A DNA stretch of 64,000 nt from Rhizophagus irregularis (Eukaryota): the NCBI RefSeq assembly GCF_026210795.1, contig NC_089433.1, forward strand, positions 3,348,001-3,412,000. Direction: 5' to 3'. A program made the translations under genes and the position numbers. The notes under the pieces were generated by a model that was given only the letters and a program-made list of their open reading frames with translations, made no database searches and had not been told where the DNA came from. Positions within the stretch are counted from its first letter, which is position 1; every line of letters begins with the position of its first letter. Positions 15,001-27,532 of this stretch are shown piece after piece.

Positions 15001-15727
15001 AGAAGTATATTATATATTTCAGATATGGGATTATGTGGAGATGTTAATAATAATGATCAAAGTAATATTTATGGAGTTATGCCTTATGTATCTCCTGAAG
15101 TATTAAAAGGGAAACTTTATACTCAAGAAGCAGATATATATAGTTTTGGTATGATTATGTATTTTGTGGCAACTGGAAAAGAACCCTTTTTCAATTGTGC
15201 ACATGATGAGTTATTAGTATTAAATATCTGCAGTGGAATTAGGCCTGAAATTAATGAGCCAGAAGCACCTAAATGTTATATTGGTTTAATGAAACAGTGT
15301 TGGGATTCAAATCCGAATAATAGACCAAAAGCAGCTGAAATTGAAAAATTAATTGAATTATTTGTATACTCATATTGGTATAATGCATCGATCTTTGAAG
15401 TAGTTATGGGGTTTGAAAAAGAACAAAAACATTTTGAAATTCAAAAACAATTTGAAGAAGCAGAAGAATACAGAAGATCACATCCTGCTTCTTTTGATGA
15501 AAGTACTACTCTGGCTCATCCACAAGCTACTTATAAATCTCGGTTACTTAACCCTTTTACAAAAAATATCCCAAAACTTGATAATATTGATAATAATACA
15601 GTAGAAATTTTTGATTTTACAAAGTAAGTCTTATATTTTTATTTTTGATGAATATTATAATTGATTTATCTAATCCAAAATCAATTCTTTATACAGATTT
15701 TTAATCAAAGATGATACAAATGGCTAA
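12007..15727 (+). CDS. TKL-type protein kinase with five tandem [Zn-finger + kinase N-lobe] modules; 7 exons, apparently intact (~1040 aa)
   Basis: Exons approx. 12007-12375, 12614-13069, 13131-13586, 13670-14122, 14199-14660, 14731-15623 and 15698-15727 read in frame with GT-AG introns. Motifs EIGEGGFAKVY, VALK, HRDFHTGN, DMG, YVSPE, DIYSFG. Confidence 0.88.
12424..12507. repeat. Short inverted repeat (MITE remnant) in kinase intron 1
   Basis: tgggataaaaatatcggt ... accaatatttttatccca. Confidence 0.55.
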
Positions 15728-17400
15728 ATAAAATTTTTTAGCACCCTTACCAAATTCCCACAAGGATAATAAATATAATATTTTGGAAATATTATTATGA
15801 GCACCCGTTTAATATCATTAAAAATTTTCTCAAAAACCCTTTAAAGCTAATTAATATGAAAGTAGCTTGAAGTACTTCATATTCTTTGTTTCTCTACTAT
15901 TAATAATTTTCTTTTTGTATGAATAATAAAGGTTGCTTGTTTTGCTAACTACTATATTAGTACATCCAAATAAAGGCTGAAATGAAGACAAATTTATAAA
16001 AAAAAGAAAGAAAATTAATATATAAAGCGAAAAAAAAAATCAAAATTGATAAAAATAAAAAACCCACCTAAGAGAGCACCATTCACAGAATGTTCAGCCC
16101 TCTTAATTTCAAGCCGTTGGTAATATTGTTGTTTATGGAAAGAGAGTATGAAAGATAAATATGAGAGGGAAGGAAAGGAAAGATTAAGAAAAAGGAATGG
16201 AGAAGGTAGAACGAGAGAAAAAAAGTTAGCTTCTTTTCTTTTTTCTTTAACAAAAAAAGATTATCGTTGAACTGTGCCTATCAGTTATCTTATTATATCA
16301 CGTGATACACGTGACATTAATTATTATAAATAGGGCATATTCTCTAACTCGTTAAATTATTTTTAATCAATGAATAAACTATTTCTTTTTTAATTAACGT
16401 GGTAAACTATTTTTAATCAATGAATAAACTATTTCTTTTTTAATTTTCTTTGCAATTTCTTTTATACACTTCAAAATAATAAACAGTCAAATCCACCAAA
16501 ATGTTCTGCGATTATGTTTTTGATGCTTGGATCATGTTCAACTTAACCGCAGCAAATATAATAAATTATTTTGATATTTAGTTAGCATTAGTTATTATTT
16601 CTTGCATAAATTGACTTGAGATTAGAGATCATAAGCTATCCCACCAGCTGGAAAAGTGTATGAAATTTCTTTTATTTCACAAAAGAATGCCTTGCTAAAG
16701 TTATCTTTAGCGTAGGTTTAGTAATACATTGCTTTAATTGAGCGTGGCTACGAAGTTTATGATTCTCATTATATATCTCATACTTTTGTTTAATGGGTTT
16801 CTGTATAATTTATTTTATAATAAATGTTAAATATCTATCTGTATATAAAAGTGTTAATTAGTAATATTTTTGAATGTAAAATGGAAAATTACGACCATAT
16901 ATTCACTAGTCGAAATAAGGCAAATCAGAAGTAAGGCAAATCGGCCAAATTTCGGCCAAATTTCGGATAAATTTTGGATATGATCGATAATCGGCTGACA
17001 TTCGGCATAGCTGATTTGCGGTGCAAAATTCTGATTTCGGATATGATCGATAATCGGCTGCATATCAGATGACATTCGGCATAGCCGATTTGCGGTGCAA
17101 ATTCCGATATTTGTTTCAAATTCCGATGTTTGCGCATTATAATATTTCGACATTCCGATAATTATATTATATGTAAATTTGACATTTAATAATTCCGATA
17201 TTTGTATTGTATTGTTTTAACATTTAATAAATTCCGATATTTGTATTATTTGAAATTTGTATTGTTTTAACATTTAATAAATTCCGATATTTGTATTATT
17301 TGAAATTTGTATTATTTTGAAATTTAATAAATTCTGATATTTGTATTATTTGAAATTATATGTCATTTCATCAAAATAAAGTTCGAAAAAGATACTAATT

Positions 17401-20400
17401 TCAGCGAATATGAAATTTTCTATTGACTGGATTTACCGCTAAATAGACGTTTGAACTTCTCCTGCCTGAAATTCAGTATTTCGTTGGTATAAATCGGCCA
17501 AGAATATGATGAACTGGAATAATACAGTCGCGGGATTCTGGGTAAAACTCGGTACCACATAATTCAACATTGCATATTTCGTCATCTCTAACTCTGAAAT
17601 GATACCGAATATTTGATGATTCTGCAGGTTTATACCAGCGAATAAATGCTAGATTATGTTTGGATAACCCATCCGGCAAATTAACGGCATGTGTAAAAAA
17701 GTATTGGACTTGTCCAGGATAGCAATCGATATCACCACTTTCTGTCATAAATTTTGCCAAGATAAATGAGCTTTTTACATGACGTGATGATATCGAAGAG
17801 CCGAATATTTCAGAACCAATTCGGCACCTTCCAAATTGATTCATTTTAATTTGAACTATTATCGAATCTTCTGCACCCTCTCCAAATGGTTTTCGAAATT
17901 CCATCGTTTCGTAGCTCGCCATGTAGTATTCAACTATTAAGTCAAGCATATCACTTGACATTACAATATCGTTAAATACTGGTCTGAGCATTTCGCCCAG
18001 AAATGCTTCTTTTCCTGTGGTGGTCGATTCATGAATGTTTCTTGAAGTCAACCAAAATCGCCTCATTTCATCAGCAGAAAATTGGTCGGCTTCTGATAGA
18101 GAGCCAACAGATGGTCTATTACTAATCAAATCTAGGCCCTTTGATTCCACGCCGGAATTAATGATATTACTGATTTGATTATCAAACATCAGGCGGCGCA
18201 TAATTTCCGGTTCAATTTTCCTCCTGCTATTCGGAAAAGAGCCTAAATTTATTTTAAACAAAAGTTGATAAAAATGCATTATTTTAGAAAGTAACAAGAA
18301 TATTTAAAATATTATACCTAGCATGCCATTCATGCACTCAAAGGAAAAATACCAGAATGTATATAAAGGTCCATAGTCGAGTGAGCATTCACATAAGTGA
18401 AGTGATAAATGTAAATTCGGTGTGATTTTATCACGACCGTAATTTTCTTCTATCAACTTCACTAGGTTAATTAGCTTCTGATGCGCCTCTCTTATGAAAT
18501 CGACTTCTACAATTCGACTTACTGAAATTGAACAAATTCTCACAAAATTCATGAGAATTTTCTGGTCATTCTCAGAAAGATGTTCCCAGAGAGAGACTGT
18601 TGCATATATTGTAAAAAATATTCGCCATTGATCTGCAGTAAAATTTGAAAACCCATCTCCACAATCGACTTTTCCCGGGATTCGACCCAAGTCAGCTGGA
18701 ACTTTAAATTCATCTATTTTTTTCTGAACTGTTTTCAAAATATGTGTTGTTAATACGCCATTTTCGATCCAAAGTCTTCTTACAATCCATTTTGCGATGC
18801 CCAGAAACAAGCAGTGCATCGGATTGATTGTAATGAACTGAATTGGATCGAAATATGGTAGACGCAATAATTTGGACCATCTAACTCCAGTTTGCTTTAC
18901 AAATCGCTTTCTTGCTGCGTCCGAATTACAGCGTCTCCATCCTATAGCATCTTGACGATGTTGAGCCGAATCATGGCAAGTAAACCATTCGTCCATTTCA
19001 TTTATCCCAGCGAAATTATGCTGCCGATTTTTATAATTCACCTTCTTTTCGCATCTATGACACGACACCAAAGCGGAAATATGTCCGCAAATTTTTCTTG
19101 CAGCCGGTATGTCACATGAAACAAGAATCAGAGCTGCGCGAATTCTTTTCCCTTCTTGACATTCATACGTTTTATTTAATGTCACTCCTTCCCAAAGTGA
19201 CTTCAACTCATCAATGATTGGCACCAGATAGTGGTTAATCTTATGTAAACTTACTTCATCTGGGCCGGGTAATAAGCCAAGAATCAAGATATTATTGCGC
19301 TTGAATCTGACATCCCTCGGAAGGTTACTGATTGCAGCGTATATTACTCCAGTGCTGTGGATTTTGCCGTCGAAAGGTTGAAACCAATCCAAATTTAAAA
19401 TTAATCCGAGGTGCGAATCAGCAACATCAGATCGGAAAAAATTATTTGAACTTTCATCTGTCGTTTCTTTAAAAGTTTTCCAAACTTCACCATCGTATAT
19501 ATCAGTTAGGATATTATCGAAAGTTGGACGATTTATCCAATGCCTTAGAGAATTTTCAAAGTTAGGTTGACGATACATTGCTTCCAATTGCTGCTTAATA
19601 CTCACAAACGGAAATAATAATTCAGGTTTGATTGAAATTTGGTTATTTAACAATGTTGTTTTCTGTGCCAAAGGTGTTTGGCACAACCTTAATCTTCGAG
19701 TTGTCGAATTAGGAAATTCGACATGGCAACACTTCATGATGGCAGGTTGCTCATTTTGGAGAAAACTTTTTATTTCCTGTTTGTTGTATAATTTGTGGCA
19801 TTTGGAACACGTTACAAAACTATGAAACCGGTCTTCAAGATTAAGGGCTTTTCTTGCTAGATATAAAGTGTCAGGAAATGTGTCAAAATCAGGACTACCG
19901 ATTTCTGTTAGAACAAGCTTCAAGAATTTTATCAATGATTCTGTAGCTGTTTCTGGTAAGTTAAACCTGGTTCGGAAGCTCATGATCCATAATAATATCC
20001 ATAAGAACCGATTATTTATTGATTGTTCAGTATCAGAATCTTGAAATGGTTCGAAAGGTGGACATGAATAATCTTCAAAAATTTCGTGGTATTCGTCATC
20101 ATTGGATGGTTCATTATCGGATGATTCATTTCTATCATCGATATTTGCATCTTCCTCCATAGTATATTCAGAAGATTCAGAAGATTTATCATCTACTATA
20201 TCTCCTAATTCAGCAATTATAACCGGTCAAACATATTTTCTTGATCGTTGTCTACTAGGCAATTCAGCTTCCAATTCTCTCATTCGTGGTTCATCTGATA
20301 TTGAGGCACTTTCGTATGGTTCGTCACTAGGCAATTCAGCTTCATCAGGTAGATGTACTTCTGTTCTTTCTGAATCATCATCCTCTGAATCTTGGTTAAT

Positions 20401-20631
20401 TTCATGGATAGTTTTCGTACAAGGATCTACTAATCGTCCATTACATTCAGAACAATTACATGCAACTAACCTTCCAATACGTGATGATGTAGGATAAGAT
20501 TGATTTAAAGATTCTTCGTCAATTATATTTGACACTGATCTGGTTCTTTGTATACGTGATGAAGGTATGGCATGAGGTCTAGAATCTGATTTTTCATTGA
20601 GTATACTTGATAATGATCTTTTTCTCGTCAT
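17401..20631 (-). pseudogene. CACTA Tnp2 (Transposase_21-like) transposase, disrupted
   Basis: Motifs LNLDWFQPF, NLPRDVRFK, LLPGP, CDIPAARKICG, PMHCLFLG, PNLHLSLHL, FSFE.MNG. Intron near 18243-18317, frameshift near 20227 and premature TGA at 17473. Confidence 0.88.
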
Positions 20632-20744
20632 TTTTGTGAACGTTTTTCAAAATAAAGTTAATTGTTAATAATATATCAATAATATCAATATAATTCGTTT
20701 AAAATACTTAAATTAGAATAAATTTTATTAAAATCATCAACTGC

Positions 20745-21400
20745 GTCGATGTAATACTAAATTTATTAAAATCATCGATTTACACTTAAATTATAAATAT
20801 AAATCATTCGATTAATAATATTGATAATAAAATAGACTATTCGATCGATCAGTATGATGGCGAAAGTTTCTTAAAGTTTAATTTTTTAAACAACTTCATT
20901 TTTTCTCACCAACCTTTTTCTTTTTAGAGTTTAATCTTTTTAGAGTTTAATTGTCGATATAATACTTAAATTATATTAAATTTATTAAAATCATCAACTA
21001 TCACTTAAATTATAAATATTACATGATGTCGATTTGCGTTCAAATCGTTCGATTAATAATATTAATAATAAAATAGACTATTCGATCAGTATGATGGCGA
21101 AAGTTTCTTAAAGTTTAATTTTTTAAACAACTTCATTTTTTCTCACCAACCTTTTTCTTTTTAGAGTTTAATCTTTTTAGAGTTTAATTGTCGATATAAT
21201 ACTTAAATTATATTAAATTTATTAAAATCATCAACTATCACTTAAATTATAAATATTACATGATGTCGATTTGCGTTCAAATCGTTTGATTAATAATATT
21301 AATAATAAAATAGACTATTCGATCAGTATGATGGCGAAAGTTTCTTAAAGTTTAATTTTTTAAATAAAACTTCATTTTTTCTCACCTTTTCTTTTTAGAG
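20745..21400. repeat. ~238-bp direct repeat, about 2.5 copies, in the divergent promoter region of the CACTA element
   Basis: The block gattaataatatt..aaatagactattcgatcagtatgatggcgaaagtttcttaaag recurs near 20810, 21051 and 21288. Confidence 0.85.
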
Positions 21401-21446
21401 TTTTAACGTCTAATACTCTTCGCAACCAAAAAAAAATAAAAAAATA

Positions 21447-23508
21447 ATGAGCCAAAATTCGCAACCAAAAAAAATAATGATCCAAAATAGAAAAAATAAA
21501 AATACTGAAAAAGGTTTGGCTAGTGATAATCAAAATAAAACGATTACTAACATCAATAAAAGTTTGTCTAATATTCAACAAGCTGTTGAAGGGACTGCCA
21601 CGCCAATTCATGAGCGAGCTCAAACTACTAACATCAATAAAAGTTCATCTAATATCCAACAAGCTGTTGAAGGGACTGCCACCCCAATTCATGAGCGAGC
21701 TCAAACTACTAACATCAATAAAAATTCGTCCAATACTCAACCACCATCTACTGCGCCAAGTCATGAACGAGCTCAAAGTGTAAAAGAGAGATATAAAAAT
21801 CTTCGGCTTCCAGATTCGTCCAATACTCAACCACCATCTGCTGCGCCAAGTCATGAACGAGTCCAAAGTTAAAAGAGAGATATAAAAATCTTCGGCTTCC
21901 GGTCAGATATCAAACTAATGAACCTACCCGCGATGATGATGATGCATCAACAGGTCTGTATCGTGTATATATCGTCAGTTAGATTTAGTATTTTTTTTTT
22001 TGTTGATTTTACATTTTTATACAGAGAATCGGAGGTTATCTCAAGAAGTATCCGATTTGCGTGCAAAGTGTTTACAGTTAGAACGACGAAATAATGAATT
22101 AACCAAACATACAGCTGTCGTTGCCACTGAAATAGCTCGCTTATGAGAAGATAACGAATTTCTTGCTGGTGTTAACGCAGAATTCGGTTCTGAAAATGAC
22201 GACTTGAAAGAAGAGGTTAACGAATTAAAAACGAAACTCGAACAATACCAGATACGATCATCATCTGAAAGCCTTGATTTTATTGATGTTCCAGCAGAAC
22301 GGTTAGCAAAACGGTTCAAATCGAATGGGTCAAAAAAAGTAAAGAAGACGGTACACTACACCGAAAATCAACCAAAAGAAGAACAAGAAGAACAACGTGA
22401 AAAGGAGGTGAGGGTTTGTAATTTTGTAATTTTAGGCAGAATTGTACAGTCTTTATACTTTTATACTAATTGTTCCGATTTAAAGATTGAAATGAAAATG
22501 ATCCTCAAAACTATTAAACCTAATGACAATTTGGATGATAATGAAACGTTTAATAGTCCAAAAAATGTTGAAATTCGCAGTAGATTAATTCCCGAACTTC
22601 GAAGGGCGATGTTTTCGAATTATAAACCTTCAGTAGCACAATTGACAAACTGGTTAAGCGCCCTCTATAAGTCGCAAAGATCACAAATACAACTGAAAAA
22701 AAGTGGAAAAAGCGACGAGGACAGTTGCAGAGTTCACAACAACAGTCGCGTACAAAATGTAAAATTGTCGAATTTTTTCCTTTATCATCATGTTAATGAT
22801 TTATGCTAATTTTCTTATATATTTATCATTTAAGAAAAAATTGTGTCGAATTAAGGCTGCAAAGGATCTTTATAGGAAAAGTGACGAAAGAATAATTGGT
22901 TATGAAAAACGCCAATTATTAAAAATGTTGGCAAATCGATCTTACCACTCACCGGAAATCAGTGAGTCAGATGAAGAGAATCCAGATAAGATGATCGTAT
23001 GCGTCTATGATTATTCTTGGCGATCACAAGAGGTTTATACTTCGATATTTATTATACTTCGATATTTATTATACTTCGATATTTATTATACTTCGATATT
23101 TATACTTCGATATTTATACTTCGATATTTATACTTTGATATTTATACTTCGATATTTATACTTCGATATATCACTCTTGTTCCTTTCTTTATTTTGTATT
23201 TATTTTATTTATATTGTCTTTTTTAGCTAAAAAATTTACTTCAAAACGTCATCGACTCACATTCAGCAGATATTCAAATGGCAAAATTACAACGACCTCG
23301 CCAGTATGATGATGAAGTTCAACACTTCGACCGAATGCACCCTGAAGATGCTCCACAATGGTCATATGTTGAGCAAGAGGATTTTATATATGATACGGAA
23401 ATTGATAGTAGAAGTGGTTTCGACGAAGATGAAGACTATGGTGAAGAAACGGAAGAGGTATTAATCGATAGTCAAAAAAGTGGAGCCGGTGATGATTTAG
23501 CTGAATGA
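21447..23508 (+). pseudogene. CACTA second gene (TnpA-like accessory protein), multi-exon, disrupted
   Basis: Series of + ORFs joined by GT-AG introns inside the TIRs; internal peptide repeats, a coiled coil, a YHSPEISE..WRS motif and an acidic tail; premature stops at 21870 and 22144. Confidence 0.6.
23034..23170. repeat. Intronic minisatellite (atacttcgatattt[att])n
   Basis: About 9 copies of a 14-17 bp unit. Confidence 0.85.
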
Positions 23509-23629
23509 AGCGGGACTATCGATTACATTTATTTTAAAATTTTTTTTTCATGTATTATTTGTAAATATTTCTGATAATTAATATATAACGATAATAAATT
23601 TAAATCGAATTTTTTATATATAATAATTT

Positions 23630-23828
23630 TCCGAATTTAGTATGATTTAGTCTGATTTATGTCCGATTTAAGTTTCGAAGTACATCTGATTGACTGTCCG
23701 AATTTAGTATGATTTAGTTCTGATTTATGTCCGATTTAAGTTCCGAAGTACATCTGATTGACTGTCCGAATTTAGTATGATTTAGTTCTGATTTATGTCC
23801 GATTTAAGTTCTGAAGTACATCTGATTG
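23630..23828. repeat. Subterminal tandem repeat, ~68 bp x3, of the CACTA element
   Basis: ccgaatttagtatgatttagt(t)ctgatttatgtccgatttaagtt..gaagtacatctgattg repeated three times. Confidence 0.9.
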
Positions 23829-25279
23829 GCAGTCAATCGGATAACAATCGGAATATATTTTTTTGTAAAAATTGGACATATTTCAGCCGTAATTTGACCT
23901 AAAATCGGATATCCGATTTTTAGCCAATTTGCCTTATTTCGACTAGTGTATTGTTTATATTGTTCAAATTGGTCTCATTTTTCCGTATATTTTTACATTT
24001 AGATCATATACATCAATTATAATTTGATTGTTTTAGTGATTATTAATGATTGTTAGACAATCATTTAGTATAGTTGTAATACTGTTTTAACGTTATCATT
24101 ATACAATTATAAGTATTATAACTACGTTTTTGACAATTCTGAAATTTATTAATATAAAAAAAATAGTTTACCATTTTTTACATTGAAAAACTTAAATTCA
24201 CAGCATCATTACGATATATCTAACAACACTGTTATAGCATTATTTATTTATTTATTTTATGTGAAGCCGGAAAGACTATTTAAGAGAACATAGAATCTAA
24301 AAGACCTTGCCCAACCTTTAGTCCATCATCCACCCAAAGATCTGGACGGACCCATACTTCTTGTTATATAGACTGATCCTGAATTACTACAAATAGAGGA
24401 ACAGGTACCCCACCGGAAAAAATAAAATCAATTAAATGACGAGCACTAATCCGTATTTTTCTTTCAACTCATAAGGTTGCCACCTGTAAATACTGTAAGA
24501 GGTGGAATGGTTTACACTATTTTAAGTTGTTAAAAAAAATTGAAAACATAAACGAACCAAAATGCTAAAAAGCATGTACAAATAGAAACTATTTTATATA
24601 AATCTATATATAAAAGTTAATGAACATGTACTATATATCATTATTAGAAGAACTCTTTTCCAAATCCCTTGAAGTGGAGATTATACAAACCTTTTTATAT
24701 TTATGGATACCGTAATGAGAATCTAAATCACAGGTCGAAGGGGCACCATTGTCCAAAATTCAAAAAATGCAAATTCCCCATTTTCCTGGAAAATGGTGGG
24801 AAATTGTGGAAAATGCTGCATTACGCTGAGCAATTTTTTGGAATAGCATTGTTACAACATTGTCCGATTTAGCAAATCTTATGAAATTTTGGGAAAATGC
24901 TACATTATATCTCAAATGTAACATTTTTGTAACATTTCGTAACATTGTTATAACATTGTCATTAAAATCAAATTTTGCTTTTTTTTTGTCAAATGTTCCA
25001 ATTTTCTTGCAAATGGTGCATTTTTATGAAAATGCCACATTTTATCTCCAATGTGATATCATTGTAACAACATTTCATAAAATTGTTATAACATTGTCAA
25101 TTAAAATCAAATTTTGTTAAATATTCCGATTTCCTAGCAAATGGTGCATTTTTTTATGAAAATTCTATATTTTTTGTCAAATGTTGCATATTTTTAGCAA
25201 ATTTTATGTTTTTTTGGTCAAATGTTTCACTTTCGTCAGAATGTTAAAATGTTACATTTTTTTTTGAAAATGCTCAATA

Positions 25280-25720
25280 ATATGGCATTACACTGGAAAA
25301 TGTAGCATTTCACCAAATTACACTAAAAAGCATCACAATTATCACATTTTTTGGAAAATTCCACATTACATTAAATTATACTAAAAAATGTAGCACTATA
25401 CTAAATTATGTGGCATTGCACTAAAAAATACCACAATTACACTAGACAAAATAGCATTACACTAAAAAGTACCACAATTATCACATTTTTTAGAAAATTT
25501 CGTGTTATGTAACATTATGCTAGAAAATGCGGAATTGCACTAAAAACGTGGAATTGCACTAAAAAATGCGGAATTGCACTAAAAAATGTGGAATTGCACT
25601 AAAAAACGCAGAATTGCACTAAAAACGCAGAATTGCACTAAAAAACGTGGAATTGCACTAAAAAACACAAAAAAATACTACAATTACACAGGATAATGTA
25701 GCATTACACTTAATTACATT
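25280..25720. repeat. Subterminal tandem array, ~20-21-bp unit (gcggaattgcactaaaaaa-like)
   Basis: Visible repeated units, most regular at 25528-25665. Confidence 0.85.
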
Positions 25721-26078
25721 AAAATTGTTAGGATAATTTTTATTAAAATTACGGACATTATTAAATTTATAATATTTATATTCTAACGCATTATTTAACA
25801 TTAAATTCACATTGTTAATATTAACAATGTATCAACACGATGTGTTGTTTAATTTATACGAAACCTTACTACTGAAGACTCCCTCTTTTTGTCACTATAA
25901 ACAGGCGGAGGGAGCAGCAATGGCTCTCCCCCTATAGGTACTTTATGGCCTCTACCTGTTTACAGAGGAGGGGCTTTTCGTAAAGTTATTAGATAGATAT
26001 ATATATATGTATATATATAAGTATATATATACATCTATCAAAAAAATTATAATAAAAAAAAAATTTTTTTCGGGGAAA

Positions 26079-26125
26079 ATGCCCCTATTTATATAAAATT
26101 ATATATCACGTGCGTCACGTGATAT
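26079..26125 (+). promoter_or_regulatory. Putative promoter module: TATA-like box plus tandem CACGTG-n3-CACGTG E-boxes
   Basis: atgcccctatttatataaaattatatatcacgtgcgtcacgtgatat upstream of a CT-rich leader; homologous inverted copy near 16295-16340. Confidence 0.5.
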
Positions 26126-27532
26126 TACTTAATAATTACCACAGCTTCAACTGCGGTATAATGAAAAAAAAAAATTAAGCTTTTTTTAGCAAAAAGCTTA
26201 ATTTTTTTTTCTCACGGCCTTTATTTCTCCTTTCTTTCGCCCTTTACCTTCCTTTCTCTCTCACCTTCCCCTTCCCTCTTTCTTTCACCTTCACCTTCAC
26301 CTTCCCTCCCATTCTCCTTCGCCCTTTCCCCTTCTCTTTCTCTCCCCTTCCCCTTTTCCCCTTTTCCTTCCTACTATTATTAACAATAACCATATTAATT
26401 ATGTAATCAGCGTCGGAATCTTCCAATGAAATGGTAAGTTTCGAAGCGTTTCGCTTCGAAACTTTTAATAATTTTTTTTTTATTTTTTAGAAGCGTTTCT
26501 AACGCTTCTTATACTTTCTTTTTTTAGGTCTTTTGGTATTCGTCTTCAGAAAGCCAGGAAATGGGTAAGTTTCGAAGCGTTTCGCTTCAAAACTTATTTT
26601 TTTTATTAATTCCTTTTAGGAAACATTTCTAACGCTTCCTTTTTTTTTGTGTAGGCTTCCGGTGTTTTGATTTCGGGAAACGAAGAACTGAAAGGTAGCT
26701 TTCCGTTTCGAAAACTAAAAAAAAAAAATAATAAAAAATTTTTTTTTTTATAAGGAACGTTTTTAACGATCCTTTATTTTTTTTTATAGGTCTTTCTGGC
26801 GTATTCAACTTGGAAAAACGAAATGGTAAGTTTCAAGGCGTTTGCCTCGAAACTTTTTCTAAATTCTTTTTTTTTAGGAAACATTACTGATGTTTCCTTT
26901 TTTTTTGTAGGATTTACGGTGTTTGAGTTTGGGAAATGAGGAAACTAAAGGGTAAGTTGCGAAACTCTTCGAACCCTTTTTTAAAAAATTAAATTTTTTT
27001 TTTATTTTTTTTAGGAAACGTTTCTAACGTTTCTTTTGTCTTTTTGTAGGAACACCGGACGTTTGGATGATGAGTTCGAAATGAACCGGTGAGTTTCGCA
27101 ACATTGTGTTGCGAAACTTTATTTTTATTTTTTTTTATTAAATGAAACATTAACTAACGTTTCTTTATTTTACTTTTTATAGGTTCCGGACGTTAGGATG
27201 ATGGAAACGACCGGTAAGTTTCGCAATGTTACATTGCGAAACTTAATTTTTTATTTTTTTTTTATTATAAGAAACGTTAACTAACGTTTCTTTATTTTAC
27301 TTTTTGTAGGTTCCGGATGTTAGGATGATGGAAACGACTGGTAAGTTTCGCAATGTTACATTGCGAAACTTAATTTTTTATTTTTTTTTATTGTAAGAAA
27401 TGTTAACTAACGTTTCTTTTCTTCCTTCTTGTAGGAATGCCAGATGAAATTACGACCCGGACTTTGGTGAAAGGTAATAAGGGAAAGGGAATTAGGGGAA
27501 TTTTTCATTTTTTTTGTTTATCTAATTTATTA

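Larger units (their letters stand above)
16904..23948. mobile_element. CACTA/EnSpm (CMC superfamily) DNA transposon, 7045 bp, with two divergent genes
   Basis: 22-bp TIR cactagtcgaaataaggcaaat / atttgccttatttcgactagtg; flanked by tatt at 16900-16903 and 23949-23952; subterminal tandem repeats at both ends; Tnp2-type transposase inside. Confidence 0.93.

Noticed and set aside
26430..27480. CRISPR-like alternation of palindromic repeats and 30-40-nt spacers
   Set aside because: Repeats are long, degenerate and bounded by GT..AG with branch points; the 'spacers' resemble each other; eukaryotic context with no cas genes.
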